Virus record (IMG/VR): IMGVR_UViG_3300045988_061617
Coordinates: 1 to 64,000 of that record
Length of the DNA: 64,000 nt
Direction: 5' to 3' (one strand)
From: a virus
Positions 8,121-15,842 of this stretch are shown here, piece by piece; position 1 is the stretch's first letter; every line of letters starts with the position of its first letter. The notes beneath the pieces were generated by a model. That model had not been told where the DNA came from. It saw nothing but the letters and a program-made list of their open reading frames with translations, and made no database searches. Position numbers and translations under genes: made by a program.

Positions 8121-8768
8121 ATGGGATTATTTAAACGAAAGAGATGCTGCCTGGAACTCATTGCTATTAAGGAGGGTAACTTGGTATTTAACTTAAACAA
8201 CTCGGATATCAACATAGTTTACCATACTTTACAAGCAGTAATGAAGAAATCTGGGGTATTCAATGAGAATCTATATTTTGACCTATATAGAGAATATAAA
8301 AAACATTATATTATCTATGATGTAGTACCATTATTACTACAATATAAGGTGTCTTTAATATTCTCCGGTAGATTCCCTGGAATTCTCTTTGATAATCAGT
8401 TCACATTTGAGGAATTGGTGCCTAATGCTTTGGTATATTATAAATTGCCAGATAAGTTCAAATTACCCGAAAATTTAGAGAAAACCCTCTTAGAAGTAAA
8501 AAACAAGGTATCTGCTTATTTAGACACATGGGATATATCGGATAATGCTTACAGGGAATTAATTCGAATGAATTTCGTTAAGCAATGGGATGTATTTAAA
8601 AGACATCCAGAACTTATAGATATTTATATGGAAAATCAATTGGGGATATTAGTATCCTGTGCTAGTCCCGAAAATAAAACCATAGTTAAAAACATAATCG
8701 AAAGAACTCTTGAAGATCTTGATGGATTAGCTCAAGAGTTCTTAACTAAAAGTTATAGCCATGAATAA
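8121..8768 (+). CDS. hypothetical protein
   Basis: 215-aa ORF. Confidence 0.65.
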   Translation: MGLFKRKRCCLELIAIKEGNLVFNLNNSDINIVYHTLQAVMKKSGVFNENLYFDLYREYKKHYIIYDVVPLLLQYKVSLIFSGRFPGILFDNQFTFEELVPNALVYYKLPDKFKLPENLEKTLLEVKNKVSAYLDTWDISDNAYRELIRMNFVKQWDVFKRHPELIDIYMENQLGILVSCASPENKTIVKNIIERTLEDLDGLAQEFLTKSYSHE

Positions 8769-9099
8769 TAAAGAGAAATTTGCCTTTAGAAAGGTACACA
8801 TGAGTCAAGAAGTAAAAGTAGAATTTATTAAGCTTCTATCTGAAAATCAAGAGAAATCCGATGAAAGCTTACTAATGGCTTTCAAAGATAAACTTACTTC
8901 CGATAAGTTAACTTGCCATGCAGACATTCTATCAAGAACCAAAGACTTGATTATTTTCCAAACTTCTAAGTTTAGTAGATTATTCTTAGAATACCGAGAT
9001 TACGAGATTTGGATGTTTACCAAGGTTAAGACTGTAAACTTGGATATTCAAGCAAATTACCTATCAGATACATGGACCTTAAATAGATTTAGGATATGA
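8761..9099 (+). CDS. hypothetical protein
   Basis: 112-aa ORF with an 8-nt overlap with the upstream gene. Confidence 0.6.
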   Translation: MNNKEKFAFRKVHMSQEVKVEFIKLLSENQEKSDESLLMAFKDKLTSDKLTCHADILSRTKDLIIFQTSKFSRLFLEYRDYEIWMFTKVKTVNLDIQANYLSDTWTLNRFRI

Positions 9100-9464
9100 T
9101 TAAAATGATTGCACTTCAAGCAGAAACTATTCAGGATGAATGGTTATATAATGCTTTAACCAAGGGTCTTAAGGAATGCTTAACTGCACCAGTCCTAACT
9201 TTGGACCCAACAAAACCAGAGCCTATAAGAAGAGCCGAAATGATAATGGATAATTTTTCCCGGGAAGACTGTAAATGTATACCGATGATTATAGCACCTG
9301 GAAACCTTATTCAAATGCTATTGCCTAAAGATGAAATACTGATCTCTGTATTATTTCAGTATAGGAAAAAAGATACTTACATTCGAACTGTAATTCAAAA
9401 ACTACACTATTATGAGCCAGACAACAAAGCGAGTATGCAGAATATCAGTAACATTGAGGCCTGA
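9096..9464 (+). CDS. hypothetical protein
   Basis: 122-aa ORF with an ATGA-type 4-nt overlap. Confidence 0.6.
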   Translation: MIKMIALQAETIQDEWLYNALTKGLKECLTAPVLTLDPTKPEPIRRAEMIMDNFSREDCKCIPMIIAPGNLIQMLLPKDEILISVLFQYRKKDTYIRTVIQKLHYYEPDNKASMQNISNIEA

Positions 9465-9918
9465 TAAGGTTTATCTCATTACTTTAGACCATTATGTAGA
9501 CCATCTTGTTCCACTCAGACTAATGAAGTATTTGATGCCATTGGTTAAAGAATATTGTGGAATGGAAATGGATACTAAATTAGAATACGAAAACTTTGGA
9601 AAATTCACCGAGGAAATAATACATATTGGATTTGAGATTTGGGAAGACTTTGGAGGAGGAATTCTATATTTGAATAAGGCAATTTGTTTAACCCCTAATG
9701 ACGAAGCTTTAACTGATCTTATTAGCCAACTAAGAATCTGCTTTCAATCTCAAGAGATATCCAAAAAATTAGGTGACTCTCTTAAGAGTTTAATCAAAGA
9801 GGAATTAGGAAAGAAAAATCATGATTTGAACAAAGTAGGATATGCTGCTTTATGTTCTACTGCTCCATATATTATTGAGGATGCTTGCAATTATGCCAAG
9901 GATACTCTGGTTCTCTAA
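9412..9918 (+). CDS. hypothetical protein
   Basis: 168-aa ORF followed by a terminator. The start is uncertain (53-nt overlap). Confidence 0.55.
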   Translation: MSQTTKRVCRISVTLRPDKVYLITLDHYVDHLVPLRLMKYLMPLVKEYCGMEMDTKLEYENFGKFTEEIIHIGFEIWEDFGGGILYLNKAICLTPNDEALTDLISQLRICFQSQEISKKLGDSLKSLIKEELGKKNHDLNKVGYAALCSTAPYIIEDACNYAKDTLVL

Positions 9919-9922
9919 ATTC

Positions 9923-9949
9923 GAAAGGCAGTTGGTTAAACTGCCTTTC
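9923..9949 (+). terminator. hairpin terminator
   Basis: GAAAGGCAG / CTGCCTTTC 9-bp stem with a 9-nt loop. Confidence 0.7.
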
Positions 9950-9997
9950 TTAGCGTGTACACATCCTCAGCTACTTTAAAAATAAAATGGATATATT

Positions 9998-10027
9998 TTT
10001 GTATTAAAATAAAAATGATTATATTTG
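9998..10027 (+). promoter_or_regulatory. Bacteroidota-type promoter (-33 TTTG 9998-10001, -7 TATATTTG 10020-10027)
   Basis: Consensus elements with an 18-nt spacer. Confidence 0.75.
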
Positions 10028-10061
10028 CATATCAATTTTAAATATAGACAAAATATGAAAA
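10007..10061 (+). repeat. 55-bp exact direct repeat, copy 2
   Basis: Identical to 7532..7586 (offset 2475 nt). Confidence 0.9.
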
Positions 10062-10441
10062 CTAACTCAGTAACTTACAATCAAGACGAACAACTAACTA
10101 AGGTAGTTCGCAATTTCATCGAAAAGAAATCTTCATTCGAACTCGACTCTGATGAACAGGGTAATCTCTTAAATCTTTTGATGTACCACTTAATCCAACT
10201 AGAAGAGGATTACAAACTCAATTGCTTGGATATCAATCAAATCCAAATATATGATACTACTTATTATACATTCACCTTCGAATCCATAGTAACTGCTAAT
10301 ACTAATTCCTATAAGAGTCAATTAGCTGATACTGCTGTTCAATTCATGAATGCTTTCACGGATAATGATGGTAGGTTCATATCATTCAATCAACTCGATA
10401 GAAACAACTGGATTTTCCAACTTAATTTCTCAATCGCATGA
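10055..10441 (+). CDS. hypothetical early protein
   Basis: Trimmed to ATG 10055 (MKTNSVTYNQ...). Confidence 0.65.
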   Translation: MKTNSVTYNQDEQLTKVVRNFIEKKSSFELDSDEQGNLLNLLMYHLIQLEEDYKLNCLDINQIQIYDTTYYTFTFESIVTANTNSYKSQLADTAVQFMNAFTDNDGRFISFNQLDRNNWIFQLNFSIA

Positions 10442-10821
10442 CAAAGTATAACGTTAGTCCATTAGTTGCCCGGGAGATAGAATTCTCCACGGGCACTATC
10501 TTTGGTGGTAGTTGGTGCCGATACTTTATTTCAATCACCCTACATCAATGCTATATAGAAGCAACATGGAAAACCCGTCCTAAAAATGATTTAGACGGGA
10601 ACAAAGAAATCTTTAACTCTTTACAGGAGTATCTAGATTGGTTTGCTAATCTTAAGAAAACTTACGGGAGGAGAATATCCCGTAAACAAATGGTATATGC
10701 TGCATACGATGAAACAACACGTAGCTTCAGTTACAAACCCTACGAGAATTGGGCTACAAGACGTTCTAAAGAGAAATTAAATAAGCCCAAGAAACCAATG
10801 CTGGCCGATGAATTATACTAA
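10438..10821 (+). CDS. hypothetical protein
   Basis: 127-aa ORF with an ATGA overlap with the upstream gene. Confidence 0.6.
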   Translation: MTKYNVSPLVAREIEFSTGTIFGGSWCRYFISITLHQCYIEATWKTRPKNDLDGNKEIFNSLQEYLDWFANLKKTYGRRISRKQMVYAAYDETTRSFSYKPYENWATRRSKEKLNKPKKPMLADELY

Positions 10822-10883
10822 TCCCTAACCAGTTAATATATCCTCAGGGAGTTCAGAAACACCAACATCTGGGCTCCCTTAAT

Positions 10884-10916
10884 TATTGCATATTTAAAAT
10901 ATTATTTCTATATTTG
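10884..10916 (+). promoter_or_regulatory. Bacteroidota-type promoter (TATTGCATAT 10884-10893, -7 TATATTTG 10909-10916)
   Basis: Same architecture and spacing as 7520..7552. Confidence 0.7.
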
Positions 10917-10979
10917 CATAAGAGAAAAATAAATATAATTATTAACCGACCTCGAACGGGGTCACAAAACTTATTTCTT

Positions 10980-11351
10980 ATGACAACTATTAACGAAATC
11001 TCAAATCACATTATGGGTTACTTTGATGGAACTCTTGATGCTTTTGGTTACACTGCTCAATCAGTTAACGAAATCTCAAATCCGGATGAATCATACATGG
11101 GAACTCTCAATCTCCAATTCCGGGAGTATCCTATAGACGATGACGAAAAGGTAGAAACCTACTGCAGAGAATCCGATGCTTTTGAACAATACGTGATAGA
11201 ATTCATTAATTCTCATTGGGATGAACATCACCCATTAAAAGAACTTAACCCTAATCATCATTACATGTCAAACTCATATGGAGATACTATCCAGGTACAT
11301 TTCAATGATGAATCCCTTTTCATTATCATTACTATGACAGGGCAATATTAA
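10980..11351 (+). CDS. hypothetical early protein
   Basis: Trimmed to ATG 10980 (MTTINEISNH...). It has a 63-nt leader containing a small GC hairpin (10948-10963). Confidence 0.6.
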   Translation: MTTINEISNHIMGYFDGTLDAFGYTAQSVNEISNPDESYMGTLNLQFREYPIDDDEKVETYCRESDAFEQYVIEFINSHWDEHHPLKELNPNHHYMSNSYGDTIQVHFNDESLFIIITMTGQY

Positions 11352-11359
11352 CAAAACCC

Positions 11360-11388
11360 TCTGGGAGGCACTCAAAATACCTCCCAGA
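11360..11388 (+). terminator. hairpin, terminator candidate (no T-tail)
   Basis: TCTGGGAGG / CCTCCCAGA perfect 9-bp stem. Confidence 0.5.
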
Positions 11389-11445
11389 ACCTCCCTATTT
11401 ATAAAAATAAAAGTAGTTATAAAAACAAGTTTAGAAATAATTTTG

Positions 11446-11453
11446 TATATTTG
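11446..11453 (+). promoter_or_regulatory. -7 promoter box TATATTTG
   Basis: TAnnTTTG match 42 nt upstream of ATG 11496. The conserved leader element lies at 11476-11490. Confidence 0.65.
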
Positions 11454-11495
11454 CAATGAGAAATATTTCTCAAATAATTTTAATATAGACACGTT

Positions 11496-12017
11496 ATGAA
11501 AGAATTCTAAAATTTAGAGGCCATCCGGGAACTGCTTGCTTCCCACCCCATTTATACTTATGATTACTCCGATGGTCTTCTCATTAACAAGGAAGCTACC
11601 AATATCCAAGTTTACTCAATCGACTTAGAGGATGAACCTTTTGCTGCTTATATCTCAGGATATATCATCACATATGCTTCAGAGGAAGTTCTCTTCGAAA
11701 ATCTCAGGGAAAACATTATTTCTCACATGGACTTAACAAAGGGTGCCGACGACCAATATTACGATTATTCACCCTCACAGGTAGAGGCTATCCTATTCGG
11801 AGTTCTTCAATTAATCCCTGAACATCAGGATTATATCATAACCGGACTCAAAAAACATCTCCGGGAATTTATCCAAGACGATGAACAAGATGAGGACATG
11901 ATATCCCAATATACCAATATCTACAATGCTATCGAAAAATGGGAATCAGACCACAGGGAAACAGAAATCTTCCAACAACTTGCAGTATCAGAATTATTTA
12001 ACCAACTAAATAAATAA
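11496..12017 (+). pseudogene. early gene interrupted by an in-frame TAA at codon 5 (11508-11510); the tracked ORF 11727..12017 is its 3' part
   Basis: A promoter and conserved leader position ATG 11496, which reads MKEF-TAA. The same frame then stays open for 72 codons (NLEAIRELLASHPIYTYDYSDGLLINKEATNIQVYSIDLEDEPF...) up to ATG 11727 and on to the stop at 12017. Confidence 0.5.
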
Positions 12018-12022
12018 TCACT

Positions 12023-12382
12023 ATGGTAAACTTATATAAATTACTCAACGTACTGGAACAGGGCATGACTCTGTTCCAACTTAACAAATGGAAAACCGAA
12101 GGTATCTGGTATCCTATTATTCAATACAAAAAGGAATCAGACGAAATTCAGGTAGTAACCAATTTATTTATCCCAGAACAAAAGGAATATCACATTCAAC
12201 TTTCTGGAAGTTATCCCGAAGAATCAGAAGCCTGGGACAAGTTTCTAGAGGAAAACCAATGGAAAATCTACCCATTACTTGCAAACATAATGCAAGTCTT
12301 CTTGCCCACAGGGAACTATCAATTATTCTACACTCAATATCCACAAGGGTTCATATCCATAATCGCTAAACAACTCAATTAA
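12023..12382 (+). CDS. hypothetical protein
   Basis: 119-aa ORF. The overlapping ORF 12088..12369 is judged spurious. Confidence 0.6.
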   Translation: MVNLYKLLNVLEQGMTLFQLNKWKTEGIWYPIIQYKKESDEIQVVTNLFIPEQKEYHIQLSGSYPEESEAWDKFLEENQWKIYPLLANIMQVFLPTGNYQLFYTQYPQGFISIIAKQLN

Positions 12383-12386
12383 CATC

Positions 12387-12632
12387 ATGAAACTAACAAT
12401 TACAACCTTAGTAATCATAGAAGATGGGGAAGTCCAAGACATCTACCATTCACTTGAAGAAAACAGAGACAAGGCTTATCAGGAAATCATAGACCAGGTA
12501 AATGCTGAATTTGGAGACGGAGGAGTACTACAATTCTATTCCATACAAGGAATCAAAGAATACTTTGAAACGGTATACATAGAAACCCAAGAACTTATAT
12601 CAGTCGGATTTAAAACTGTCATAAAATGCTAA
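12387..12632 (+). CDS. hypothetical small acidic protein
   Basis: 81-aa ORF. Confidence 0.6.
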   Translation: MKLTITTLVIIEDGEVQDIYHSLEENRDKAYQEIIDQVNAEFGDGGVLQFYSIQGIKEYFETVYIETQELISVGFKTVIKC

Positions 12633-13009
12633 CAAGAGGAAAATTCCTGGTATCTTTCGAGGTACCAGGTCACACTAAAGAATACACAGAGGGATTCACA
12701 GAGGAAATGGTAATCCCCTACAGAACTGAGGAACTAAAGCCATATCTTCGATATCCCCAACAAAAAATAAACAATAATCACCTTCACTCAGAACACATAA
12801 GGCTAACCATAAGGGATATACTCAAGGTACCCCTAACAGATATAACCCTAATCGATATAATATACATACCACATCAAGATTATTGGACAGAACACTTCCC
12901 TAATCCAGGATCCAGAAAAAAGAGTATATCCGAATTTCTAAGTGATCCCAATGCCCAGTATAATAAATTGCTTCGTACCCAGTACCAACTAAAAACAAAA
13001 AAGAAATGA
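12626..13009 (+). CDS. hypothetical protein (3' half lies in the G-depleted tract)
   Basis: 127-aa ORF. The first half looks protein-like, while the second half has a strongly biased composition. Confidence 0.4.
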   Translation: MLTRGKFLVSFEVPGHTKEYTEGFTEEMVIPYRTEELKPYLRYPQQKINNNHLHSEHIRLTIRDILKVPLTDITLIDIIYIPHQDYWTEHFPNPGSRKKSISEFLSDPNAQYNKLLRTQYQLKTKKK

Positions 13010-13574
13010 ACACCCTATATCACATACTATGGATAATCATATCCCTAATCACAATCATCCGATTATCCCAGAATGAAGACCAATACCAAAAGTACCAAGA
13101 TCATCACCCAACAAACAAATTAAGATACACTCTATCACAAATACAGATCCTAATAATATATACCATATCCCTAATCCTATTACAGAACCTATATAGGTAC
13201 CTAACCATATACCTATAACCAACAAGGTACCCCATACATATGATACACCCACTCCTACCCAACCAAACAAAATATAATAATAAAAATCATAATAGCGCTA
13301 ACTAAGCTACCACCTAACTTAGGTACATATAATATAATACCTACATCTAACCTCTATCCCATATAATACATCTAACCTAATATACTAATCATTATAATAC
13401 ATATCAAGGTACCTCGCCGGGGGTGCCGAAAATTGGTGATAGGCTCTAGGCAAATTACCCTCCTCTACTATACAACTACACTATAGCCACTATACTATAT
13501 AGCTCTCTAGCTCTACTACCCCACACTTTAAAGGCAATCACAAAAAGGCTAAAAAGGTACACAAAATCCGACCA

Positions 13575-13660
13575 TTAGGGGCCCCTAAATCCGATTGCCT
13601 GAGCAGCCATTTTATATAGCTATTATATAATAGATTGGTTGGGGAAAGGTAATCGGATTT
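13575..13660. repeat. palindrome and inverted-repeat cluster at the strand-composition switch
   Basis: A 14-bp perfect palindrome TTAGGGGCCCCTAA lies at 13575-13588. AAATCCGATT at 13587-13596 is inverted at 13651-13660, and a third AAATCCGA lies at 13564-13571. The AT-rich spacer holds the ATAGCTAT palindrome. Confidence 0.8.
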
Positions 13661-13913
13661 GTGATTGGGCAATTAAAATATTAGGTTTTATGGCTAAATA
13701 GTTTATAGGATTTAAGGCCTTCAAGGGGCATACTTAGGTAATATTCCTAGTAAGTATGTAAGTAATTTGCTTAGTATTTATATTAGCATTATTTATAAGG
13801 TTTCTAGGACTTATTGGGTTAAGGCAATCTCCATTCATGGCCCCTGGGGATTTAGAGGGATAAAGGCAAATTAACCTTCAAGGCTATTAAGGACCTCACA
13901 AGGCAATTGAGGT

Positions 13914-13946
13914 TATTGCATATATTAATTATTATATTTATATTTG
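13914..13946 (+). promoter_or_regulatory. Bacteroidota-type promoter (TATTGCATAT 13914-13923, -7 TATATTTG 13939-13946)
   Basis: Same architecture and spacing as 7520 and 10884. Confidence 0.7.
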
Positions 13947-13979
13947 CATTGTAATAATAACATTTTAAATAATAAACGT

Positions 13980-14252
13980 ATGAAATTAGATGAATTACAA
14001 ACCAGATTAACCCATCTCCTTACGGCCCTCTCCAATGAGGATTCTAGAATCATTCAAGGCTTTACTAAGCCTTTTATCGAAGATTTTACTCCAAATCAAA
14101 CCTGGGTAATTTCTCTTGTCGAAATCAAAGGCTCTGATGAAACTGCAATCGAATACACTACCTGGGATGAATCCCAAGACGGTCCTATACCAGGTATCAA
14201 ACTTTTCAAACATCTTAATATATTCCTTGAACGAGAATATTGCGAATACTAA
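13980..14252 (+). CDS. hypothetical early protein
   Basis: Trimmed to ATG 13980 (MKLDELQTRL...). Confidence 0.6.
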   Translation: MKLDELQTRLTHLLTALSNEDSRIIQGFTKPFIEDFTPNQTWVISLVEIKGSDETAIEYTTWDESQDGPIPGIKLFKHLNIFLEREYCEY

Positions 14253-14271
14253 TCTTATAATACTTATTACA

Positions 14272-14520
14272 ATGGAAACTAATTTCGAATACCTAATTCA
14301 AATCCTCAGGGATCCATCTCTAGCCACTTGGACTCTAGAGGAACAACAGGAAATCAATAACTTAGATTTATCCCAGGGCTTACATCATTTCTTATATGAT
14401 GCCCATACTGGTATAATAACCTACCAACCCAATAAGCTAAAATGGGTCTCATCGGATATTATATACCAATCAGACCATATAATAATCCTAGACTCAGACA
14501 GTACTATTTGCCTAGACTAA
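14272..14520 (+). CDS. hypothetical small protein
   Basis: In-frame ATG 14272 (METNFEYLIQ...). The tracked 14116 start would overlap the preceding gene by 137 nt. Confidence 0.55.
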   Translation: METNFEYLIQILRDPSLATWTLEEQQEINNLDLSQGLHHFLYDAHTGIITYQPNKLKWVSSDIIYQSDHIIILDSDSTICLD

Positions 14521-14527
14521 TTTACCT

Positions 14528-14560
14528 AACCCAGAGCCTAACTAAGGTATCTGGGTTTTT
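14528..14560 (+). terminator. hairpin terminator candidate
   Basis: AACCCAGA / TCTGGGTT stem followed by TTTTT. Confidence 0.55.
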
Positions 14561-14967
14561 ACTTACGCTAACTTAGTAAGCCCTTATAGGCTAATCTATG
14601 AAACCCATTTCCCCATAGGCTTACCATAGTCCATATATGGCCTTATAGAATTAGGACTAAGGGGTTTTTATAGAGGGATATATCTTAAGGGCCTTAATTC
14701 TTTATCACCTTAGTCCATTAGGGGCCTATCAATATACAGGTATATAACACACTTCCTAGAGGACAGGCATAGGCCATATAAGGTTATCTTATACATATCA
14801 TATATGCCCACTACAAGGCGTGTGATGATTCTCCTTGTGAACCTCCAAAATTTCCCCAAAATTAAGTCCTTTTTAGGGTGCACTAAATTTTTGATTTTAT
14901 GAATTTTTTACGAAAATAATTTTGAAAATAAAAATATTCATTTTCTCAAAAATTTTTCTTGAATTTA

Positions 14968-14998
14968 TTTGTAGTTTCAAAAATAGTTCGTATATTTG
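14968..14998 (+). promoter_or_regulatory. Bacteroidota-type promoter (-33 TTTG 14968-14971, -7 TATATTTG 14991-14998)
   Basis: Consensus elements with a 19-nt spacer, 26 nt upstream of ATG 15025. Confidence 0.7.
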
Positions 14999-15024
14999 CA
15001 ATGTAATCAAAAACAAAAAACATT

Positions 15025-15258
15025 ATGAAAAAATTAGTATTAGCATTTATTTCTATTATTAGTTTATGTTCATTTACAAAACAAGAGTGCACAAATCATT
15101 TAAAAATAGCACAAAGTATTAATGATAGCATTTTTATGTTATCATATAAAGGGGATACTATATATAAAGTAAATGGATACGAAAATAAAGAAGCTACGAA
15201 AATTTTAAATGAGAAAATTTTTTTTTCAAAAAAAACTTCTAAAAATTTTGTAGATTAA
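15025..15258 (+). CDS. small secreted lipoprotein candidate
   Basis: MKKLVLAFISIISLCSF has a basic N-terminus, a hydrophobic core and a Cys in a lipobox-like position. It lies in the very low-GC island. Confidence 0.55.
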   Translation: MKKLVLAFISIISLCSFTKQECTNHLKIAQSINDSIFMLSYKGDTIYKVNGYENKEATKILNEKIFFSKKTSKNFVD

Positions 15259-15277
15259 AAATAAAGCATTATCTTTG
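15247..15277 (+). promoter_or_regulatory. Bacteroidota-type promoter (-33 TTTG 15247-15250, -7 TATCTTTG 15270-15277)
   Basis: Consensus elements with a 19-nt spacer. The leader to ATG 15395 is about 110 nt long and contains a 7-codon uORF (15288-15311). Confidence 0.55.
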
Positions 15278-15394
15278 CAATACAGAAATGAAACAAATAC
15301 TACCTTATTAGAATAGTTTAAAAAGTCTTGAGGGTCTATTTGAATTGAAAAGGTAATAAAAATAATTAATAATAAAACTTTCAAGCATTTTATT

Positions 15395-15790
15395 ATGAAA
15401 AATCAAATTAACAAAGCAAGTGCAAATAGCAAAGCAAATAGTTTTTTTGCTTTAGACGTATTGAAAAGCGTTAAAGAAAAAAACGCGGGTCTTTTCAAGA
15501 CTTCTTTAGGGACAAAAACAGAAATTTATAAGAAAGAACTTTTTGAAGGAGCAAACGAAAAACAAATTAAATCGTTACGCAAAAAGTTTAGAAATGTAAC
15601 CTTTAATTTTCTTTCTACGATTGCAAACAATGCAGATAAAAAACTAATTGAGGGCTTTATAGATTTTTATAAACAAGTCTATACATTAAATGATTTTTCT
15701 TTTAATTCTATTGCAAGCGAAAACACTAAAGAAGAAAAGAAAGCAACATTAATTAAGGGTCTCGAAATAGTAAAAAATTCTTTGAAGTAA
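15395..15790 (+). CDS. hypothetical protein (low-GC island)
   Basis: 131-aa ORF followed by a perfect hairpin. Confidence 0.6.
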   Translation: MKNQINKASANSKANSFFALDVLKSVKEKNAGLFKTSLGTKTEIYKKELFEGANEKQIKSLRKKFRNVTFNFLSTIANNADKKLIEGFIDFYKQVYTLNDFSFNSIASENTKEEKKATLIKGLEIVKNSLK

Positions 15791-15799
15791 AACAAAATT

Positions 15800-15825
15800 A
15801 AAGTAGGGAATTAATTCCCTACTTT
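15800..15825 (+). terminator. hairpin terminator
   Basis: AAAGTAGGGAA-TTAA-TTCCCTACTTT, an 11-bp perfect stem. Confidence 0.75.
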
Positions 15826-15842
15826 AAAATAAAAATAAAGCT

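Noticed and set aside
13006-13270. Plus ORF 13006..13218 (70 aa) and minus ORF 13055..13270 (71 aa, Gly/Val/Ile-rich and membrane-like)
   Set aside because: Both lie in the G-depleted tract. The plus product has no Gly, Ala or Val and almost no Asp or Glu because G-initial codons are absent. The minus ORF has only a TTG start, opposes all neighbouring genes, and its Gly-richness mirrors the same bias. I treat both as compositional artefacts, though the minus peptide could be tested by ribosome profiling.
3212-13979. N-terminal extensions MH(K/I/C)... on tracked ORFs 3212, 7550, 10025, 10914 and 13944
   Set aside because: In every case the called start is the TTG inside the TATATTTGCA promoter box. 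The real starts are the first ATGs (3233, 7580, 10055, 10980, 13980), each preceded by the leader.
307-15825. Similarity of two terminator hairpins (AAGGTAGGGAAATTTCCCTACCTT at 307 and AAAGTAGGGAATTAATTCCCTACTTT at 15800)
   Set aside because: They share only the GTAGGGAA/TTCCCTAC arms, and no other terminator in the window uses them. The similarity may be coincidental, so I did not report it as a repeat family.
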